Shown here: positions 25,666-32,827 of the stretch, piece by piece
How the letters are laid out: every line of letters begins with the position of its first letter
How positions within the stretch are numbered: the first letter of the stretch is position 1
From: Octopus sinensis
Lineage: Eukaryota
NCBI RefSeq assembly: GCF_006345805.1
Contig: NW_021832755.1
Coordinates: 1 to 32,827 of the forward strand
DNA: 32,827 bases
Direction of reading: 5' to 3'
Notes under the pieces: model-generated
Told to the model about the DNA's origin: nothing
The model's input: the letters and a program-made list of their open reading frames with translations, nothing else
Databases searched by the model: none
Translations under genes and position numbers: made by a program

Positions 25666-26461
25666 CACACACACACACCATATAATAATCTATACCGTAA
25701 GTGAAGTAAAAGAATGCACTTTTTATAGCAAAGAAATTCCTTAGATGAAGTGTTTCACTTTAAAATACTAGTCGGAAAAATTCCTATGAGAAACCCTGTC
25801 GTGAACCTACAAACGCAAATATATATGTGAATATTAGGGAACGGGTGAATAGAATGATGTTTTTGCTTGTGCTTTTTAGCTCTAGGAACATTTTTAGCAA
25901 TGGAAGAAGCATGTAACGAATTTAGTACAAACTAGGTTAATTGGAGGTGTGGTTAATTATTGAAAATATAAATATGTTTTTATTGTACGTATTGTATAGT
26001 TAACTGTGTAACCTATGTATTTCTGATAAAGTGTTTATAGCTCCGTGGTATGTGGGGCTGCGGAGGTCCTTCGATGTGATATGATAAATTACAGTAGATT
26101 TAAATTCTATTCTTCGTATTTATGAGTTAGTGGGACATAAAAATAGGTGAGATATAGATTATATTTTATATGTACTATGGGCGTACATATTTTGAGAATG
26201 ATGTAGCGCTTACATTCTCATCCACAGGCAAATTTGTGTACATAAGTACATATAAACTCACTGAGACACCGAATACACACAAATAGAAACACTTGGAGAC
26301 ATACGCTCGTACGTATTCACACATGTGAGATGAGGGCTGTGCGTGTGTATGCATATGTGAGTGCGTTTTTATATATAATGCATTAATTCCTCGATATACG
26401 AGTAAATTCGTTCCTGGAGATCGCTCGTAAAGTGAAAACTCGTAAAGTAGTTTTATATATA

Positions 26462-26589
26462 CAGGGTGTCCCAAAAAAATGTATACACATAGTGGTTCGG
26501 CAAAAGAGAACGATAGAATAAGTACTAGGCTTACAAAGAAACCAAAAATTTACAATTATTTAGGTGTGTATATTTTTTGGGACACCCTG
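26462..26589. mobile_element. Tc1/mariner-type MITE (128 bp) with internal SINE A fragment
   Basis: TA|CAGGGTGTCCCAAAAAAATGTATACAC ... GTGTATATTTTTTGGGACACCCTG|TA. Confidence 0.88.
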
Positions 26590-26675
26590 TATATATATAA
26601 AATACACATATTATGTGTGGTGTGGTGTGTGTGTGGGTGTGTGTGTGTGGGTGTGTGTGTGGTGGTGTGCGTGGT

Positions 26676-26862
26676 CACCACCATCGCTGGACAACCGATA
26701 TGGTGTGTTTAAGTCCCCGTAACTTAGCGCTTCGTGAAAGACACTCGCTAGAATAAGTACTAGGCTTACAAAGAATACGTCCTGGGTTCGATTTGTTCGA
26801 CTAAAGGTTGTGCTCCAGCATGGCCGCAGTCAAATGACTGAAACATATAAAAGAAAGAAAGA
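26676..26862 (+). mobile_element. SINE family A, 3' half
   Basis: tagaataagtactaggcttacaaagaata...ctccagcatggccgcagtcaaatgactgaaac. Confidence 0.88.
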
Positions 26863-26904
26863 ACACTAAATTAATAATTATATATATAATTATATAGTTA
26901 TATC

Positions 26905-27060
26905 AAAGGGATCAGGAAAGAACCTTCTCCAGCATGCTGAAAGAAGACGCCGAAGGCGCTAAAAAACTTCTGTATATCATCTACAAAACATGGCTTTTGA
27001 AGGAAGTGCCTTTGGCGTCTTCTTTCAGCATGCTGGAGAAGGTTCTTTCCTGAACCCTTT
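26905..27060. repeat. Inverted repeat, 56-bp arms (26905-26960 / 27005-27060), 44-bp spacer; MITE-like
   Basis: Three mismatches; AT-rich quasi-palindromic flanks. Confidence 0.9.
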
Positions 27061-27080
27061 ACTATAATTATATAATTATA

Positions 27081-27400
27081 CGAGCAAAACGTCCGTCGTC
27101 CAATGGACTGTACTGAGTTGTCAAACACTTAATCCAAATTTTCTCAAAGCCTGATTTAACCTAAATTTGAGACACCAGCAAAAGACGGATTTCGACTGAT
27201 ATACTTGCGCGTACACATGCACGTTCCCACGGCTTTCTCGATCGCATTCTCACCTGGAATCGATTTTTGTAATTTTTTCAAGACTTATACACGCCCTGAT
27301 ACCGTCGGTATCTATTTATAAAATTTGATTGCAATCGGATGGAGGATGCCCGAGACCCTAGAAGACACACACAGATAGAACGGATTTTATATAATAGATA
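27081..27400 (-). mobile_element. Short non-autonomous Helitron (degenerate 3' end)
   Basis: Minus strand 5' A|TCTATTATATATAAAA...ctgtgtgtgt; 3' imperfect hairpin GTCC..GGAC then CTCG|T instead of CTAG. Confidence 0.6.
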
Positions 27401-27671
27401 TATAATCATTAATTTAGTATATAAATTACCTACAAGGTTTTATTTCATACCGGCCACTCGATATAAACATTAACGTGATTTTATCCTGAATTCTGTTAAG
27501 AATAAATAATATATATATAATACTGTATGAAATATACACGGAGAGAAAACACCACCATGTGGATTTCTTACATGCTAAAAATGGCAGTCAAAGCCTAAAA
27601 CCATGAAAAAATATTCTTACATTAAAGCATGTTGATTTGTACGCGAGCAAGATTTGTACGCGAGCAAAGAG

Positions 27672-27808
27672 GGATCTTTTCGCTTTGACCGGCAGATTTT
27701 TAAAATAAATTTTGTAACTAAACACTTTTAAACTTCATATACTGGTAGAATGTGTTTATAAAACATCTTTTTCTCTTGGCTTTCTTGAGAAAATTCTATA
27801 GTTTGTAA
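27672..27808 (+). mobile_element. Left-end fragment of the 19707 MITE family
   Basis: ggatcttttcgctttgaccggcag...gtaactaaacacttttaaacttcatatactggtagaatgtg. Confidence 0.9.
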
Positions 27809-27833
27809 CAAGATTCGGAGTTGACAAAGATTC

Positions 27834-27998
27834 GACACTTGCCGAAGGTGCCATGCAGTGGGACTGAACCCGGAACCATGTGGTTGGTAAGTAAACTTCT
27901 TACCACACAGCCACGCCTGCGCTTCTTTCAATTTTCATCTACAAAATCCACTTGCAAGGCTCTGGTGGACCTGTGTCTTTAGTAGAAGAAACCTGACT
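27834..27998 (-). mobile_element. SINE family A head fragments
   Basis: gacacttgccgaaggtgccatgcagtgggactgaacccggaaccatgtgg...ccacgcctgcgc, followed by a second diverged piece. Confidence 0.85.
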
Positions 27999-28089
27999 AA
28001 ATTGTTCGAGTTTTGACTCAGCAGTAAGCACGTAAGGTCGTGGATTCGATATTATTGAACCAGACAGCACTTCGAGTCTTTACGCAAGG

Positions 28090-28452
28090 CTTTTCATTTC
28101 AACTTTACTCCATTCCGTTCAACACTCTGTTCACTCACCAAATGAAGTCCAAAACTTCGGTGCATGGGTACCACTCGCTGTGAACGAAAGATACAAAATT
28201 CAGTGTTCCCCAACACCGCTAGTTTGGCCAAAAATGTTTGTTCAAGAGCTATCGCATCCACCAAATTCTCCGGGTTTTTGCGTCTTCTGATCATCATCCT
28301 TGTCGGACGCTCTTTTAAGGGAGCCTTTTGTTCAACATTGACATGGAGCTGAAGACGTGGCTCGGGTAAAGATCCGGGGTCTTTTACTATAAACACATTG
28401 CCAAGCTAGTGGAACATTGGCAAAAAGTCGTGGAAATTGAAGGAGAAATTAC
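28090..28452 (+). pseudogene. Internally deleted mariner transposase remnant
   Basis: FGAWVPLAV (WVPHEL), LSHPPNSP..SDHH (HPPYSPDLAPSDYH), IAKLVEHWQKVVEIEGE; most of the catalytic domain is missing. Confidence 0.78.
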
Positions 28453-28454
28453 AC

Positions 28455-29270
28455 TAGTTTCAAATTTTGGCACAATGTCAGCAAGCTCAGGGAAGGTAGT
28501 AAATCGATCACATCGACCCCAGTGCCTACCTGGTGCACCCCGAAAGTTCACCTCAGAGGAAATTGAAGTCGAAATCAGAATGTAAAAACGGATCAAATGC
28601 TGCTAAGCGCTTTGCTCAGCATGCTAACCATTCTGCCTTGATGTAGAGGAAAATGAATATATTTATTTCTTTATTGTCCACAGGGGGCTAAACATAGAGG
28701 GGACAAACAAGGACAGACAAAAGAATTAAGTTGATAACACCGACCTCAGTGCATAACTGGTACATAATTTATCGACCCCCGAAAGGATGAAAAGTAAAGT
28801 CGACCTCAGCAGAATTTGAACTCAGAACGTAACGTCAGACGAAATACTGCTAAGCATTTCGCCCGGCGTGCTAACGATTCTGCCAGGAGAGAATAAATAT
28901 ATTTTTTTCTACTCTAGGCACAAGACCCTAAATTTTGGGGGAGGGGGCCAATCGATTAGATCGACCCCAGAACGCAACTGGCACTTAATATATCGACCCC
29001 TAAATGATGAAAGGCAAAGTCGACCTCGACGGAATTTGAACTCAGAACGTAAAGACAGACGAAAGAGAAAATAAATATATTTATTTCTTAATACCCACAA
29101 GGGGGCTAAACACAGAGAGGACAAACAAGGACAGACAAACGAATTAAGTCGATTATATCGACCCCAGTGCGTGAACTGGTACTAATTTAATCGACCCCGA
29201 AAGGATGAAAGGCAAAGTCGACCTCGGCGGAATTTGAACTCAGAACATAAAGAAAGAGAAAATAAATATA
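28455..29270 (-). mobile_element. Tandem array of ~4 SINE family B units (opposite strand to the 23578 array)
   Basis: Repeated tcgacccc.aaaggatgaaaggcaaagtcgacctcggcggaatttgaactcagaac. Confidence 0.92.
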
Positions 29271-29483
29271 TTTCTGACTGATTTATTAAAATTGTTATTA
29301 AAATTGTTCGCGAAAAACAACGATTAAAATAAATGGTAATAAAACCGGACGAATTTATTTGAAAATCCAATTTCTACCGCTTATATGAGCATCTACTTGT
29401 GTATAGAGCTTGGGTGTTTATGGTTTTGTATCTACGTGTGTGTGCGAGGGCAAGTATAAATGCGAATATAACTGGAGTTATTA

Positions 29484-29516
<33 letters not shown>

Positions 29517-30162
29517 TAATATATATATATATTGGGGGGGGCGTGAATATATATATGAGTGTCAATATTATATGTGTGGGGGGGATTTATATATGATTCT
29601 TAATGCTCATATAACTCCAGTCATCTCATGTACAAACGTATGCATACATGCGCATACACACATACATACAAACATACATATATGCACGCATACATACATA
29701 CATACATACATAATACATACATACATACATACATACATACATACATGCAAAGTAAATACATACGTACGCTTACCTACAAAATTACATATATGCAATGCCT
29801 TAGATTGTGTAATCTACATATATTTCATTGTAATAGTTTTAACACCATATATATACATATACATATAAACACAATATACATATATTTATATTATATTATA
29901 TAATATTGCGATTTTTTTATTGTGTCGGATGGAATTTTGCAATCGTATTTTCATATTTTCGGAATAAGTAATGATATAAAAATTAGTGGAATCTTTCCAA
30001 AGAACATACAATGAAGAATCTCAATTCAAACACATCCAAGACAAAAGGGAGTGAAATGAGGAATAAGAAAAAGGGATTGATTGAAACCCCCAAAAAAAAA
30101 AGAAAAAAAGAAAAAATCACAATATAGCAAAAACAAACGAGAAAATACCACCATCATCAAAG

Positions 30163-30211
<49 letters not shown>

Positions 30212-30510
30212 ATATATATATATATATATATAAAAATTGATACATGTGAGGTACATAACTTGAGAAAAAAAACATTGTGGCTACACACCATAACAGCATC
30301 ACCAAAGTAATACATATGTATATATATATGTGTGTATATATGTATGTATGTATGTATGTATGTAGAAATGTATATATTATATTAATAGAAAAGTAGTTTC
30401 GAGAAAAAGCCAATCTCATAGCAGGAATAATACGAAAGAAGTCCAGTTGAATCTATTCTGCTTGAGTTATGTCGTTAGATTCCTGCGAAGCACATCCGTG
30501 ATACGTGATA

Positions 30511-30529
30511 TCACCAGCAGGGGGCGCTC
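30511..30529 (+). promoter_or_regulatory. Candidate CTCF-binding motif
   Basis: TCACCAGCAGGGGGCGCTC matches the core consensus CCASYAGRKGGCGC; lies in non-repetitive, CpG-richer sequence. Confidence 0.5.
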
Positions 30530-30674
30530 TAGTATAGCGTCTGACGAGGAAATTAAACTGGTTAACTACGGTGTGAGGACAATGATATTGGTCTTGACGG
30601 GGTTTCAGTTCACTGTTCGGGTTTGGGATTAGCCGGGGATGGCTACCCGACGTCATTGCTGTAACGGCTGCACA

Positions 30675-31560
<886 letters not shown>

Positions 31561-31761
31561 ATGCATATATGTAGGCATATGCATATGCGTGGAAGAAATA
31601 AATTCTCGCTAACCAAAAAACCGGAAATTGAGACAAAAACCGTTCTTTGTTCTCTGAATGTGAGTATTATCTTGGAATAATTGAAGATATATATATATAT
31701 ATATATATATTCTACGACAATAGAGAAATATAAAGAAATTTCAAAACATACACGTGTTATG

Positions 31762-31805
<44 letters not shown>

Positions 31806-32145
31806 ATATATATATGTATGTATATGTACTTATATGCGTTTGTGAGTATGTATGTATGTATACATGAATACATATATTATATATATACACACAAATAGAC
31901 ACACACACAAATCGTCACACACACACACACACATACACTTACACACACACATATGTATATAAGAGATAGAGAAAAAGAGACGTGGAAGTTCAGAGACGTA
32001 AAGGAAAAAATAGAGCGAGGCTAAGTACTTTGAAATCGTTCATCAGAAATCGAAGTTCTAAGTTCATACTCAGCCTAAGGTTATTTATATACGCATACAC
32101 ACACAGAGAAGCACTCGAACGCACACAGGCACACACACACACAAG

Positions 32146-32176
<31 letters not shown>

Positions 32177-32776
32177 TGTGTGTGTGTGCGTGCGTTTGTG
32201 AGTGAATGCATACATGTGTATGCATACATATGTATATATCTATGTGTCGATGTATCTATATCGCAATGTACGCACATATATATGTGTATATGTCTGTATG
32301 AATGTATGTATATATAAGCGCACGCGTGTCTGTGTGTGTATGTGTGTGTGTGAGTGTGTGTGTGTGTGTACGTATGTCTATGTCTTTGTAAAAATTGATA
32401 TTTGTTCGATCAAAGCGTAGTTAGAAAATAGAAAATCATAACCATTTTAATATTTCGGGCATTTTTACCATCATCATAATTATTTTTATTTTCAGTTTTG
32501 TTTCTGTTTCCCCTAGCTGTTGCTGTTTTTTCATGCTGTTGTTGTTGTTGTGATGTAGTGGACATCTTTCTAATAACTCTGAGGAAGATTAGGTCGACAG
32601 TCTTAATACGTAATGTTAAATTGGATTTTTATGTTTTTTTTTCTTTGTAATTTGACTTGTGAGACAAAATTTTATGTAAGGATGTCACAAATGGCCTTGG
32701 GTCCGAAATAGCAGCATCACGTTTCAATGATCATCACGTTTCAATGATGATTCGAGATGCTGGACAAAATGGCTTT

Positions 32777-32827
32777 GGATCTTTTCGGTTTGAACGGCAG
32801 TTTTTTCTAGTGGTGTCATATGAAATT
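32777..32827 (-). mobile_element. End of another copy of the 19707 MITE family (runs off window)
   Basis: ggatcttttcggtttgaacggcagttttttctagtggtgtcatatgaaatt is nearly the reverse complement of 20071-20122. Confidence 0.92.

Noticed and set aside
30453-30656. 67-aa non-repetitive minus-strand ORF
   Set aside because: No recognisable homology or clear splice sites; a non-coding regulatory reading is at least as likely.

Overview
AT-rich, repeat-saturated eukaryotic DNA, most likely intronic or intergenic sequence from an octopus (coleoid cephalopod) genome. This is inferred from tRNA-derived SINE families I recognise as octopus-type and from the extreme microsatellite density. I found no host protein-coding exon; nearly all ORFs in the track are microsatellite read-throughs. 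The window holds about 20 SINE copies or fragments from four head types, and decayed LINE 3' ends (three RTE lineages plus a CR1/Jockey-group remnant). It also has two dead mariner transposases, two non-autonomous Helitrons, a TIR MITE family with an 8-bp TSD, a Tc1-type MITE carrying a SINE fragment, and many compound microsatellites. The most notable observations are: (i) a repeat family with a structurally conserved, variant minimal hammerhead-ribozyme-like motif, including a ~300-bp tandem pair; (ii) an unusual number of mutually unrelated local inverted duplications, the largest having 289-bp arms with 2 mismatches; (iii) modular head/tail shuffling among SINEs and inverted SINE pairs; and (iv) a near-consensus CTCF motif in a CpG-richer unique island. 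Coordinates were read by eye and repeat boundaries may be off by several bases. SINE family labels A-D are my own.
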